DNA of 64,000 bases, taken from contig OZ024755.1 of the NCBI GenBank assembly GCA_964016885.1, positions 23,808,001 to 23,872,000 of the forward strand. Reading direction: 5' to 3'. How positions within the stretch are numbered: the stretch's first letter is position 1; every line of letters begins with the position of its first letter. Origin of the DNA: Eledone cirrhosa. Its lineage: Eukaryota. The notes below the pieces were generated by a model. The model searched no databases. It was not told the origin of the DNA and saw nothing but the letters and a program-made list of their open reading frames with translations. Below, in pieces: positions 52,418 through 64,000 of the stretch. A program made the position numbers and the translations under genes.

Positions 52418-52979
52418 CCCTTTACCAATTACATTACTCCATATTTACTACTGTATTTTTGTGGTAAAGGCTTTATGTCACATAATATTGAATCTATGCG
52501 ATCTTGATATTATTTATTTTGAGAACAATACCTTAACATCAGTAAGAGAGGCCAGTTTCGGCTGGTGTGAACAGAAAGAGGTGAGAGAATTCTGGCCGGA
52601 TACAGTTGGTTTAAATGCTAAATGGTTAAAGAGAAAGTTTTTAACCATTATTAGCTAACATCAACATGCTTATGTCATTTTCAAAGTACCATATATTTCA
52701 TATTGAGGTTTTATAGATCCAGTAGATTAGTCATGCTGGTTTTCACATATTTTCATGTGAAAAAAGTGTAACTTAACCCTTTAGCATTTAAACCGGCCAC
52801 ATCCAGCCATAATTCTCTCACCTCTTTCAAACCGACAGTAACTGGCCACTCATACTGATGTTAAGGTATTGTTCTTAAAATAAATAATATCAAAATCTCA
52901 TAGATTCAATATTATGTGAGATAAAGCCTTTACTACAAAAATACAATAGTAAATATAGAGTAATGTAAATGCTAAAGGA
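52418..52979. mobile_element. Two piggyBac-like MITEs in inverted orientation (52418-52625, 52777-52979)
   Basis: Each flanked by TTAA; ~150 bp apart. Confidence 0.85.
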
Positions 52980-54048
52980 TTAATCACATCATATAAAGAA
53001 TCTTTCATAGACATGGTGAGATATGAAAAATGTAAAGCTAAGTGTTCTACAGTGTCATCAACTGACCTTGTTCTGACTCAATTTTTTTCTTGTGTATCAG
53101 CCTTAAAATTTTTACCGGTGTTTAATCCTTTCATGACTATATTCCTAATGAAGTACACTCTATTTCAATGAATTCATTATGAATTTTGAGGGGTTTACTA
53201 AGGCAGTAATGCTAGTGCCACAATGAAAAGCATCCAGACTACCCTGTAGGGTAGTAGAGCCCAGGAAATACTCCCAGGACATGTTGTAAAGTGGTTGGCA
53301 TTAGGAAGGACATTCAGCGGTAGAAACCAAGTGAAACATGGAATGTACAAGATGTAGTCACCTGACCAGCCTGGCCTCAGTATATGATGGCCAGTCAAAC
53401 CCATGCAAGCATCAAAAATAGACATTAGATGATGATGATGATGATTAATTATTTCATTGCAAAGATAGTAATTTAAAATATGGTTCTTATATAAATTATG
53501 TTTGTCTACGGAGATGTGTGACTTTGGAGAACATCTATATGATTAAAAAGAATCAAATGTGAGTAGGTGTCTGTGAAACATATACATATACACCAGGTCC
53601 AAACACAAAGGAACCAAACTCCCACTGTCACTGCCTCCATTTCTCCAACTCTCCCCATCTCTCACTACTATGAGCAAATGGGGGCCCATGCACTGGCCGC
53701 CCCATGGCTCTGGCGGACAGAATAGAGAAGGGATTTTATTTTTGAAGATTTTACTATAAATAGGAACCTTTTGAATTGGTGATTTTGTTTCATAGAACCA
53801 GAGTTGATTTCAGACAGGTTGATGTCAACAGAGTTACTATAGGGGTTGTTAATGTATGATGCAGATGTTTTATACAGTAACACAATGAATGCATGTATAT
53901 TGTGTATGAATCTATCAGAGCTTTATATGTAAATAAATTCAGTTTGATATTAAACTGGATGCCAACTATTCTTATACATGATGTCAACTTTTTAACTATG
54001 ATGTAATCCTCTAAGAGCCTAAGATTAGATTATTATTAGATTCTTTAA

Positions 54049-54733
54049 CCCTTTAGCATTTACATTACCCTATATTTACTATGATCGTATCGTTTGAGTA
54101 CTCTTGACTTGACAATTGATGTAATTGGTCTAAGTCTGGTAATGTTGAGCAGCTCTCTAACACAGATATGGTCACTGAGTTGCTTGCCAGTCATAAGTCC
54201 AATGATGTAGTTCTAGAAAGCTTCTGAAGTGACCTTGTTGTCCAAGTAACACAGTCAAGACCATATAACACAACTGGTAGGATCTAAGTATCGAAGATCT
54301 TAGCCTTCAAATGATAGGAAACTCGTTTGATATAAAAAGATCAACTCATGGTGTGAGTAGGTTATGCCTGTAAAGAAGGTTGGCTGGTAAGAGAAGCAGA
54401 GGCCGGGAACCAAACCGATGGTTTGATAATGTTAACCTATGGACTGGACTTGATCTTTACTCTTTAAACTCTGTTGTTGGTGATCGAACTTTGTGGAGAA
54501 AAATATCTCATGTTGATGTGCAGTGTGCAACAGTCGGAGTTTACCATCAAAGTAGTATATTTGCTATTGTATTTTCACGATAAAGGCTTTACTTCACATA
54601 TAATCAAGCCTATGATATTTTGATATTGTTTATTTTGAGAACAATACATTAACATAAGTATGAGCAGCCAGTTACAGCTGGTTTGAACAGAAAGAGGTGA
54701 GAGAATTTTGGCTGGATATGGCCGGTTTAAATG
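54049..54733. mobile_element. piggyBac-like MITE interrupted by a LINE; right TIR lost
   Basis: MITE sequence at 54049-54082 resumes at ~54556. Confidence 0.8.
54083..54555 (+). mobile_element. RTE-like LINE 3' fragment with inverted 5' segment
   Basis: Minus segment LKAKIFDT.ILPVVLYG..VKSRVLKRYDH; plus segment IKRST..GKRSRGREPNRWFD..DRTLWRK; TSD tatattt(a/g)ctat. Confidence 0.75.
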
Positions 54734-54831
54734 GGATGCCAACTATTCTTATACATGATTTCAACTTTTTAACTATGATTATTATTAGATTATAATCATT
54801 TAAGAGCCTAATATTATTATTAGATTCTTTA

Positions 54832-55221
54832 AGGCCAGTGGACTGGCAGTATCAGTAGAGTGTCGGACGCCATGTTTTGCAGCATAGAGTTATGGCCCTT
54901 TACATCTGAGCTCAAACCCCGCTGAGGTTGGCATTGCTTTTCTTCTTTACAGGGTCTATAAAATAAAGTACCAGTAATGCACTCGGATAATTGCTGGCCT
55001 TGTGCCAAAAGTAGAAACAATTAATAGATTCTTTATGGACTGGCAGTATCGGTAGAGCGTCAGACACCATGCTTTGAAGCATAGAGTTATGACCCTTTAC
55101 GTTCTGAGCTCAAACCCTGCTGAGGATGGCTTTGCCTTTCATCCTTATGGGGTCGATAAAATAAAGTACCAGTAATGAACTGGGGTAATTGCTGGGCTTG
55201 TGCCAAAATATAGAAACAATT
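54832..55221 (+). mobile_element. Two tandem SINE A copies
   Basis: tagattcttta occurs before, between and after the copies. Confidence 0.85.
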
Positions 55222-55444
55222 ATTAGATTCTTTAAGCTGCGTACAGTTCTAGGCTAGCTTCTGTTAGAGATATTGATTGCTATGATCTGCCAAGTATAGA
55301 CACTGGTGTAAAGTTTCTATTAATAAACCAATCCTTAACCATCTGAATGAGAAGTCTGCTTTCATATTATTAGTAAAGTTAACCTCATCCTTATCGCTCT
55401 TCCTCTTTTCAACATTTCAATTAGATTCCACATGAATTGTAATA

Positions 55445-55830
55445 ATTTTCACACACCCACACACACTCACATATACAGACAGACACACACACACACTTAC
55501 ATATACAAACAGACAGACACACACACTCAGATGCGTGTGCACACACACACAGACACATGCCCACATACACTCACTCACTCACACACTCATGCATATACAG
55601 ACACAAACAGACACTCACACACACACACATGCAGACACACACACACAGACACACATGCAGACACACACACACACACATATATGCACACACACACATATAT
55701 ATATATATATATACAAACATGTGCACACACACACACACACACACACAGACACACTCAATCGCAGACACACACACCCACACATGCAAACACACATATGCAC
55801 ACATACACACTCACATGCACATATATATGT
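55445..55830. repeat. (CA)n-rich compound microsatellite
   Basis: Seen directly. Confidence 0.95.
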
Positions 55831-56004
55831 ATAAATAAACAATGTTATAAAAGAAATATTGCTTTCTGATGCAAGATTTATGCACAAATCTAATTAGAGA
55901 AATGTATTACCAAAGATTTTATGGCATCATTTCATTTGAAAACAATTTTTATGTTTCAGTGAAATAATTATTATAAAATTGGATTTAGATTTTGTTTTGC
56001 TTTT

Positions 56005-56436
56005 AGTCTTCTTCTTCTTCTTCTTTATTTTTGCCCACTTATTCCCGAGAGGATCGTGGGGGGCAGAATCTTCATACACTCCCTCCAGCGGTTCCTGTCA
56101 GAAGCAACCATCTCCAACTGATCTGGCTGGATACCAAGCTCATGGATGTTATCCAAACATCTTGTTCGTGGTCTACTCTTGGGTCTCCTGCCAGTTGGTT
56201 TCGCCCACAAAATCTGTCCACCGATTCTTTCCTGAGACATTCTAACCACATGCCCATAGTATCGGAGCTGTGATTTCTTAATTCGGAGAAGTAGTGGCTC
56301 TACCCAGAGTGGGTCTCTGATCCCCGAGAGCTACACACTCTATCGTGTAACATTACTCCGAAGACCCTTCAGAAGAATTCCATTTTGGCTGCTTGTATCC
56401 GCAATCATATTCTTTCAGTTATTATCCAAGATTCAT
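56005..56436 (-). mobile_element. RTE LINE 3' part (GAA-tail family)
   Basis: YGHVVRM..KPTGRRP motif and GAA tail on the minus strand. Confidence 0.85.
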
Positions 56437-56663
56437 GTTTTTAGTCACAACTAAAATATGATTGGTTGTAGGGAGAATGTATGTTTAACTCTTTAGCATT
56501 TACATTACTCTCTCTCTATATATATATATACTATTGTATTTTTGTGGTAAAGGCTTTATCTCACATAATATCGACTTTATGAGATTTTGATAGTATTTAT
56601 TTTGACATATATATATATATCAATGATATTAATAAATGGAAACTATCTTTATAAAACCATATT

Positions 56664-56724
56664 TATTTTATTATATATATTTCAAGGGCACCAAAATTTT
56701 GGTACGCTCTCATCAGATAAAATA
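56664..56724 (-). ncRNA. Minimal type I hammerhead ribozyme, inverted twin
   Basis: Minus strand reads TATTTTAT CTGATGA GAGCGTACCAAAATTTTGGTGCCCTT GAAA TATATATA ATAAAATA. Confidence 0.72.
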
Positions 56725-56785
56725 AATCATTAAAACGATAAGTTCTTGTTTTTTGGATATGTCACTATTTATAAAACAACTTTTG

Positions 56786-56846
56786 TATTTTATCTGATGA
56801 GAGCATACCAAAATTTTGGTACCCTTGAAATATATATAATAAAATA
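56786..56846 (+). ncRNA. Minimal type I hammerhead ribozyme (Penelope-type)
   Basis: Stem I TATTTTAT/ATAAAATA, core CTGATGA, stem II GAGCATACCAAAA/TTTTGGTACCCTT, GAAA, palindromic stem III TATATA, then TA cleavage position. Confidence 0.72.
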
Positions 56847-57318
56847 AATATGGTTTTATAAAGATAGTTTCCATTCATTAAAATCATTGATATTGCACTC
56901 CAGAAGAATTATGTAGAGTGCTTCGAATCTGTCATAAATAAATTTGTTGAATAATCAACAAATTAAATAACTCTTTGCTTATATATATATATATATCGAC
57001 AGTCAATTGACTTTCATCAAATTGGACCGAGGAAACAATATTTCTATTAGTCTTTCAAATTGCTAATACTATCTAACGGTCACAACTCCAGGTAGAAGAA
57101 ACAATGTGAAATAAAGTGTTTTGCTCAAGGACATAACGCATCACCTAGTCTGGGAATTAAATTCACAACCTAACAATTGTGAATCCAATTCTCTAACCAC
57201 TCAACCACGTGCCTTCACACACACACACACATATATATATATATGAAGCAATGTATACATGTCTGCAATAAGGATGCGTATACTCTCAATTGATTAAAGT
57301 TAATGTGATTACTATATT

Positions 57319-57505
57319 AATTGTTTCTACTTTAGGCACAAGGCCAGCAATTACCCAGTGCATTACTGGTACTTTATTTTATCGACCCCGCAAGGATGAA
57401 AGGCAAAGTCAGCCTCGGCGGGATTTGAACTCAGATCGTAAAGGGACGTAACTATGCTGGAAAGCATGGCGTCCGACCTTCTACCGATACTGCCAATCCA
57501 CCGCG
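57319..57505 (-). mobile_element. Young SINE A with TSD actatattaat
   Basis: Near-identical to 31990-32178. Confidence 0.88.
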
Positions 57506-57676
57506 CCACTATATTAATAAGTTAGCACTTCATTACCTAAAAGCATACTTCAATAAAATATAGTATATGGTTCAGTTGCTATTTGATAAAGTATGTTTGA
57601 ATGTAACATGATGTAAAATGAAGCATAACAATAAGCACTATCGTTTATATAGTTTTGTACATGTTTACATTATAAC

Positions 57677-57863
57677 TGTTTCTACTTTAGGCACAAGGCC
57701 AGCAATTACCCAGTGCATTACTGGTACTTTATTTTATCGACCCCGTAAGGATGAAAGGCAAAGTCAACCTCGGCGGGATTTGAACTCAGATCGTAAAGGG
57801 ACGTAACTATGCTGGAAAGCATGGCGTCCGACCCTCTACCGCCATGCTTTCCAGCATAGTTAC
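57677..57863 (-). mobile_element. Young SINE A with an inverted duplication at its 5' end
   Basis: 16-bp TSD atgtttacattataac; 24-bp inverted copy 57803-57826 / 57840-57863. Confidence 0.88.
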
Positions 57864-58526
57864 TATGTTTACATTATAACATTACATCTTTGGTACTCTG
57901 GTTAGAATGTCTTAGGAAAGAAACACTGGACAGATTTTGCAGGTGAAACGAACCGGTAGGAGACCCAGAGGTAGACCCTGAGAAAGATGATTGGATAACA
58001 TCCATGAGCTCAGCTAGTCTCACTTGGGGATCCAGCCTGATCATTGGAGACAGTTCCGTCTGACAGGACCAGCTGGAAGGTGTGTTTGAGGATTCTGACC
58101 GTAAGAAGAAGTATTGTTTAATACACCTAACCTCATAAGTTATAATCTAAAGTGGGACATCACCAGAAACATAATACTATATAACAGAGAAACTCAAGGT
58201 ACATCAGCAGAATGAATTGTAATGGCATTTTGTAAATAAAACATCTTACTTTTCTTTCTCAGCATTCTTTTCACTATTTATTATCTTTATAAATACTATT
58301 ATTCTCAATAACTAAAGCATTTTTCATATCAAATTATCTTCAATATCACTTTGTAGCCATATGGTAACTATAGCATACGAATGTTTCCTAATACTGAAAG
58401 CTTCCAATTTCCCTGTAAACAAATACATAAAAGAAACACTTCCTCTGTAAAGGTAAAAGACATGATATACTTATCTCTAATCCAGGATAATACTCAGTCT
58501 GAAAATTTCTGGTAGATAAATTGAAA

Positions 58527-58551
58527 CCTTACCTAGAAACAAAAAGAAAAA
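58527..58551 (-). promoter_or_regulatory. Juxtaposed splice acceptor/donor (candidate recursive splice site)
   Basis: Minus strand TTTTTCTTTTTGTTTCTAG|GTAAGG, same strand as the two exons. Confidence 0.35.
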
Positions 58552-59299
58552 TGGGTAAAATGTTAGAAACATCAGACAGAGAATAACAACAGAATATAAT
58601 AACTGTCTAACAACCAAGTATAATAAAAGTCTAAGGCTTTTATTTATCAGTATAAGAATGACATGAGATATTCATGCATTTTACAAGAGTATTTGTGAAG
58701 TAAATGAAGAGATTTTCTACAGGAAATTAAAACTGGTGAGTGAACATACCAAGAACTTACCAATTATATTAGAATATGAGATCTAAATGTCAAATGGGTT
58801 AATAATTATATAATACTAAAGGAACAACTCTGACATTTTCTATGTAAATATTGAACGATAAAAAGAGTAGTATGCATGATGAAAAACTTTGAAAAACCTA
58901 ATATGCAATATTAAGATTCACAAAATTCATTTCTCCATATTGAGTGGGAGGCTCATATTTTCATTGAATATTATTTTCATATCTATATTATTACATGTTA
59001 TTAACCCTTTAGTATTTACATTACTCTATATATACTATTGTATTTTTGAGCTAAAGTGATTCATATTTCATTCATACAAACACATACATATCAAATCTCA
59101 GTCTCTTTTACATAGACATAAACATTTGAACTAATACAAGGTATGTTCAATAAATAATTGTTTCTACTTTTGGCTATGGCAGCCTACACAAGGAAGAGCT
59201 AGCAGAGGACAACAAGTCAATACCTATATCAAATACCCTGATGTCAAGCCTGTTGTTTAGTCATTTGTTCTTGATGGCAGCTTTCATAGAATTACAGAT

Positions 59300-59780
59300 G
59301 CAGATTACACTGATGATTTCATGCTACTCTCCAATCTAATAAGTCATATCGAAGCTCTCATGTCTGGCAACTGACTTAGAGGACACCCACAAAATTATTA
59401 ACCATCTTTCCAACAACAATCCTGAGCACCTTTTTGAATTTCATGTGTCTAACACCCATGGTCATGCTTACAAAGTCCCACAGCTCCCATGACTTTTGGA
59501 AATATCTTTTCATGCTCAGAGTTGCTGAAGTATGGAACAAACTACCTGCATCGGTTGTTAGCTGTCATGACACTGCAGCCTTCAAAACTTCCATGCTTCC
59601 CGAAATTCGCCAACACTACACCTGATATCCCCCTCCACACATGCTTGCATTAGTCTGTATATCATGACTCATACACTGTTCACTTTCCTGACATTTCTAC
59701 ATTATTCTATGTACTATACATGCACCTTTGATGATTTGGAGTGCACCTGAACACTGTACCCAATAATTTTATTATTACTA
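59300..59780 (+). mobile_element. CR1-like LINE 3' end
   Basis: FMLRVAEVWNKLPASVV..FKT motif; reverse complement of 18833-19310. Confidence 0.8.
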
Positions 59781-61990
59781 TATAAGGGTTATATGACACT
59801 CTAGGTGTCACATGGGAAGATGCATTGTTGGCAAACAACATCCTATCTATTAGCATGGCAGAAATATTGTTTGAATTCACATATTGTTGTGATGTAAAAG
59901 TAGTTATTTTGTTTAGTAAATCTGTTTCTTTCCTCATTCAATTTTATGTGTGCATGCTCCTTGGTAGACTTAAAACTAATATCGAGCAATGAAGTAATAT
60001 CAAATAATTAAATGCATAAATAAGAAAAGCCACCCAGTACAATAAAAAGTGTTTATTTGGCCACCTTTCCAAATATATCACATACACACACACATGCACA
60101 CATACACATACATGCCTACTTCTATAGATATGTACTTAAATACATTCCTGATATACTAAGTAGAATGTTGTGCCTAAATGCTGCTATAATTTTCTTTTAT
60201 AATGCTATAATGATTTGAATTTAGTTTCCTGATAATTAGGGTTTACAAGTAGCTACTTTGAGCTTCCTAAAATTCTTACCAATTCTCATGAGATAGTACA
60301 CACTTGAAATCTATCTGTTGCTGAAGTTGGGGATCATATCATATTTACAGATGTTTATGTGTACTGAAGCAGATCAAGCCAAAGATATTCCTGGTATTAC
60401 AACAAAACCAAAATAGTCAGAGCCTGTCAATAAATCAAGCATTGTTGTGAAATGTGTTGCTTTCTGATATTTGAGATATATCAAACTATCTTCTTCCTTC
60501 TCTCTTGTAGTTGCTTACACTTAACCATTAATTTCTACAGACTTAGAAGAAACCAAGTACTTATTATGTAGGGAATGATTATTTTAAGCTTTTCTTCAGT
60601 GTCTAAATTTTTGTATTCTTTGCCCACTGATTCCTTAGAGGGTCGTGGCGGCAAAGTCTTCAAACACTCCTTCTAGCTGGTCCAGTCAGAAGTAACTGTC
60701 TCCAACTGATCTGGCTGAATCCCCAAGCGAGACCAGCCAAGCTCATGGATGTTATCCTACCGTCTTGCTCAGGATTTCTTTATGTTATAAAATGTTAATA
60801 TACATGTTGCATCTTTGCTTTACAATATAATAATAATGAAATTATTGTGTACAGTGCTCAGGTGCACTACAACTCATCAAAGGTGCATGTATAGTACATA
60901 GACTAATGTACAAATGTCAGGAAAATGAACAGTGTATGAGTCATGATATATATTGATTTAGGCTTTAGCATTTTGAAAGGTTCATCCCATCCGAACAGTA
61001 AATATACTAGCTGATTATTTTAAAACTTTCATAAACAAAGATAAATTAATATAAAAGCAAGGCTATAAAAATCAAATTCTTTCCTCCTTTCTAATTCCAG
61101 AAAACATCTGTGATGATGTTATCTGAAAGTAGTAATATCCTTCAGCACCTTAGCCTCGCCATCACCCGTGGCAATGCTGCGAGCTTGTTGGCTTGCCTCA
61201 ACATGTTTAGTTAATCCTTATGTTGTGATGTGCAGCCAATTGTCGCAACAATCAGGGGTGTATTGCACCCCCCCCCCCACACACACACACTTTTCTTCTT
61301 TTTTATGTTTTTTTTAAATCTTTTATTTGTATATATTATGTGTGTTTGTGTTTTCGTTCTATAAGCATTATATTATATTTTTATTATCGCTATTTTGATC
61401 AATAAATAACTCTGTTATTTAACTTTCTCCATTTACACACACACAATATATATATATATATACTACACAAATCTGGAAGGAATAAGATTCATACATACAG
61501 AAAGACAACTGAAATGTTTCAGGTCATGTCAGATTGTATGTCTAATGTTAGCTGGGTAAATGAGCAACCAGAGATAGTATTTTATTATTACTGTTTGCAG
61601 TGCATGTGGGATCTTGTCTTTTGGTTTATCATGTGGTGTGAAACTGAAGAAGTATGCTGTAAAACATACTGAGTCAAACAGCCAGAAACATTGGTACTTA
61701 CAGTTTTAGAAAGAAATTAACACAGAATATAGCAAAAATTTGGCATTCTGGAATTCTAATAATTGGGTTATTGTTACACATAATATTAATTAAATCACTA
61801 TGTTTGAATCTATCTTTCTCATTCAATGGCAACATTATAAGTGAAATAGATATTTGTGCGTGAGTGTGTGTATATGTGTGTATGTGTGTGTGAATGTGAA
61901 TGCGTGTGAATGTGTGTCTGTACCTGAGAGAACACTGGTATATCCACTTAGTGATATAAATGTACAAGTACAGAAAATAGAGTTTTAAAG

Positions 61991-63113
61991 CAGATGTTCT
62001 CAAAGTGGGTACTACTGCCCCCTGGGGCGTTGAGAAGGTCCAGGGGGCGCTGAGGCCTAAGGGGGAGGGGGGGCAGTAGAGATGATAATGATGATGATCA
62101 TCATCATTATCGTTTAACGTCTATCTTCCATGCTAGCATGGGTTTAGACGGGAATTGTCCCACTTGAGGCAAGATTGGTCGTCTCGCTCGTATAGGACTG
62201 TCTGGCGGGTTTTCTACGGCTGGATGCCCTTCTTAACACCAGCCACGTTTACAGTGTGGACTGGGAGGTTTTTACCGTGTTACCTACATGGCCACATTAC
62301 AGTGTGGACTGTGTTTTTCTTGTCGTGACACCTACATGACCTCATTTATTTAGGACTGGAAGTTGTGGTACCAACATAACTTTACAGAGAAACGGGTGGT
62401 GTTGATGGGGGTGGGGGAGTTGGGGGTAGTGGGAGGGGTGTGTATATTTGGTTAAGAGATGCCTACTGACTGTAGGTTTCGCTTTGTACTTAGGCAAGGC
62501 AGGTTTTCTGTATTACTGCCTAGTACCAAAGATCTCGGTCCAGTGACATTGTCTTAGAGAGATGTAAATGTGTAAGGTCAGAATTTATCAAATCGTCCCA
62601 GGTTTTTCTGGGTCTGTCTACTCCGTAACTTCCATCAATTTTGATCGCCCTGCACTTTTTTTATGCAGCTGTCATCTTTCTTGCGCATCACCTGTCCATA
62701 CCAACATAGTCTTCTCTTGAGTAAACAGCATCTGATCCCTCTTATACCTAATTTCTCACTTAGTTCATTTATGCTTTGCTGTTCACGAATATTACTATTA
62801 CACATCCAGTGGAGCATGCATGCTTCATTCCTCTCCCGTCTGCTCAGATCCTCTGCACACAATGCCCATGTCTCACTGCCATGTAACACAGCTGTTCGTA
62901 TGCAGATGATATAATAGTATATTAAATATCAAATGATACATATTATATATAAATATAGTAAAATAAAAAAATATTTATTTATTTTCACATAGTATATATT
63001 ATGTTATTTATTATATATATATTAACGATTTTATTTATTATATATTATTTACAATTCGTGTGTAGGCAGGTCTTTCTGGAAATAAGGTTGGGGGACGCTG
63101 AGTCTATTATGTG
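61991..63113. mobile_element. Charlie-like MITE (reverse of 29346-29811) split by an RTE 3' fragment (62095-62900, minus)
   Basis: CAGATGTTCTCAAA end; MITE body resumes at ~62907; insert encodes LHGSETWA..RRLCWYGQVMR plus UTR and ATG tail. Confidence 0.75.
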
Positions 63114-63114
63114 A

Positions 63115-63485
63115 CTGTAAGTCCAATCCAGCATAATGTTTTCCCTTGCACACTACATCTAACTCCTCTTATGCTCAGTTTCCTTCATCTCATCTGTGCT
63201 CTGTCTTTGAAGCAGACCAATGTCTCACATCCTGCAGTGCCTCATTTAATTTTAGATTTCATACATTCTCTGCACTCAATGCCCATGTCTCCCTACTATG
63301 CAACATCCCACAGGATGCAATCTACCCTTTGCTCAGAGAAAGAAAACCTTTGATATCAATAGATAGTAACTCCTCGAACTTTTTCCACCTTGTTAATATT
63401 CTAGCTACTAAGTTTTGTCAGTGCCCTTTTCCACTTCTCATTAGGTCACCTATGCAACAGAAACTGCCAAATACTTCTATGGAGC
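63115..63485 (-). mobile_element. RTE LINE fragment
   Basis: Homologous to 62700-62890 (ETWAL motif) with upstream FCCIGDLM..KWKKFEEL traces. Confidence 0.7.
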
Positions 63486-64000
63486 TTTCCTTGGATTGGA
63501 AAGTATTTATTTCACTGGTTATTCCACTTATATATAAAAATCATGTTATTCCACATATATATAAATAGTTGGATATATATATTAAAAATGTTTGAAGATA
63601 TAAAATATTGGAAGATATGAAAATAATGGTTTTTCCATATCTTTCAAAGGAACTTTATATATATATATATATAATGTTTAAGGGTTGTAACATCCAGTTA
63701 CTGTAGGTTCAACAGAAGTCCGACGAGCTTTTGACTCCAGAGTCAGGCTAGGTGTGTGTGTGTGGGGGAGGGGGGGTTCCCCACCAAGGATCAGTCTTCA
63801 ACCTGTGTGTGTGTGTGCCGGCGTGTGTCTTGCATGTTATAAAAATTCACAGCTGGCAATGTTGAAATCATGCTAGCTTACAGGTTAAATGTTGAACAAC
63901 CTGCAATCTGCTCTTGTCAAACACTTAACACTTTGTTATAGTCCCCCTATATACAACCAAACCTTCTGATATGCCAAGAGAAAATATTGGAATCTGACAC

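Larger units (their letters stand above)
56616..56894. repeat. Palindrome (~110-bp arms, ~60-nt spacer) between (TA)n tracts, adjoining a truncated MITE (56489-56605)
   Basis: Arms 56616-56724 and 56786-56894 are reverse complements. Confidence 0.92.

Noticed and set aside
55432-55887. His/Thr- and Cys/Val-rich ORFs
   Set aside because: (CA)n microsatellite translations.
61696-61840. Strong minus-strand donor (CT|GTAAGT) closing ORF 61698-62003, a possible upstream exon
   Set aside because: No clear acceptor, phase 2 does not match the phase-0 exon at 40166, and the upstream part is microsatellite; cannot be supported without RNA data.

Overview
Eukaryotic, very AT-rich, repeat-saturated DNA; the SINE, LINE and microsatellite repertoire points to an octopod cephalopod (inference). 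The only convincing host coding sequence is two small minus-strand exons (40014-40166, 18737-18806) that splice in frame across a ~21 kb intron, so most of the window looks intronic. The rest is transposon debris: tRNA-derived SINEs, ~18 TTAA-flanked piggyBac-like MITEs, hAT and pogo/Tigger MITEs, a tandem Helitron-like pair, RTE/CR1/R4/Penelope-like remnants, and one GC-rich CRE-type RT-RLE retroposon with a 10-bp TSD. Most notable: long fold-backs associated with (TA)n tracts, one carrying two inverted minimal hammerhead ribozymes (56616-56894) and one a degenerate hammerhead-like core (48759-49372); a twin-priming-type 5'-inverted RTE-like LINE; locally templated SINE junctions; a 48-bp VNTR grown inside a LINE/SINE tail; and a candidate recursive splice site. 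Most ORFs in the track are spurious. Coordinates were counted by eye and repeat boundaries are approximate.
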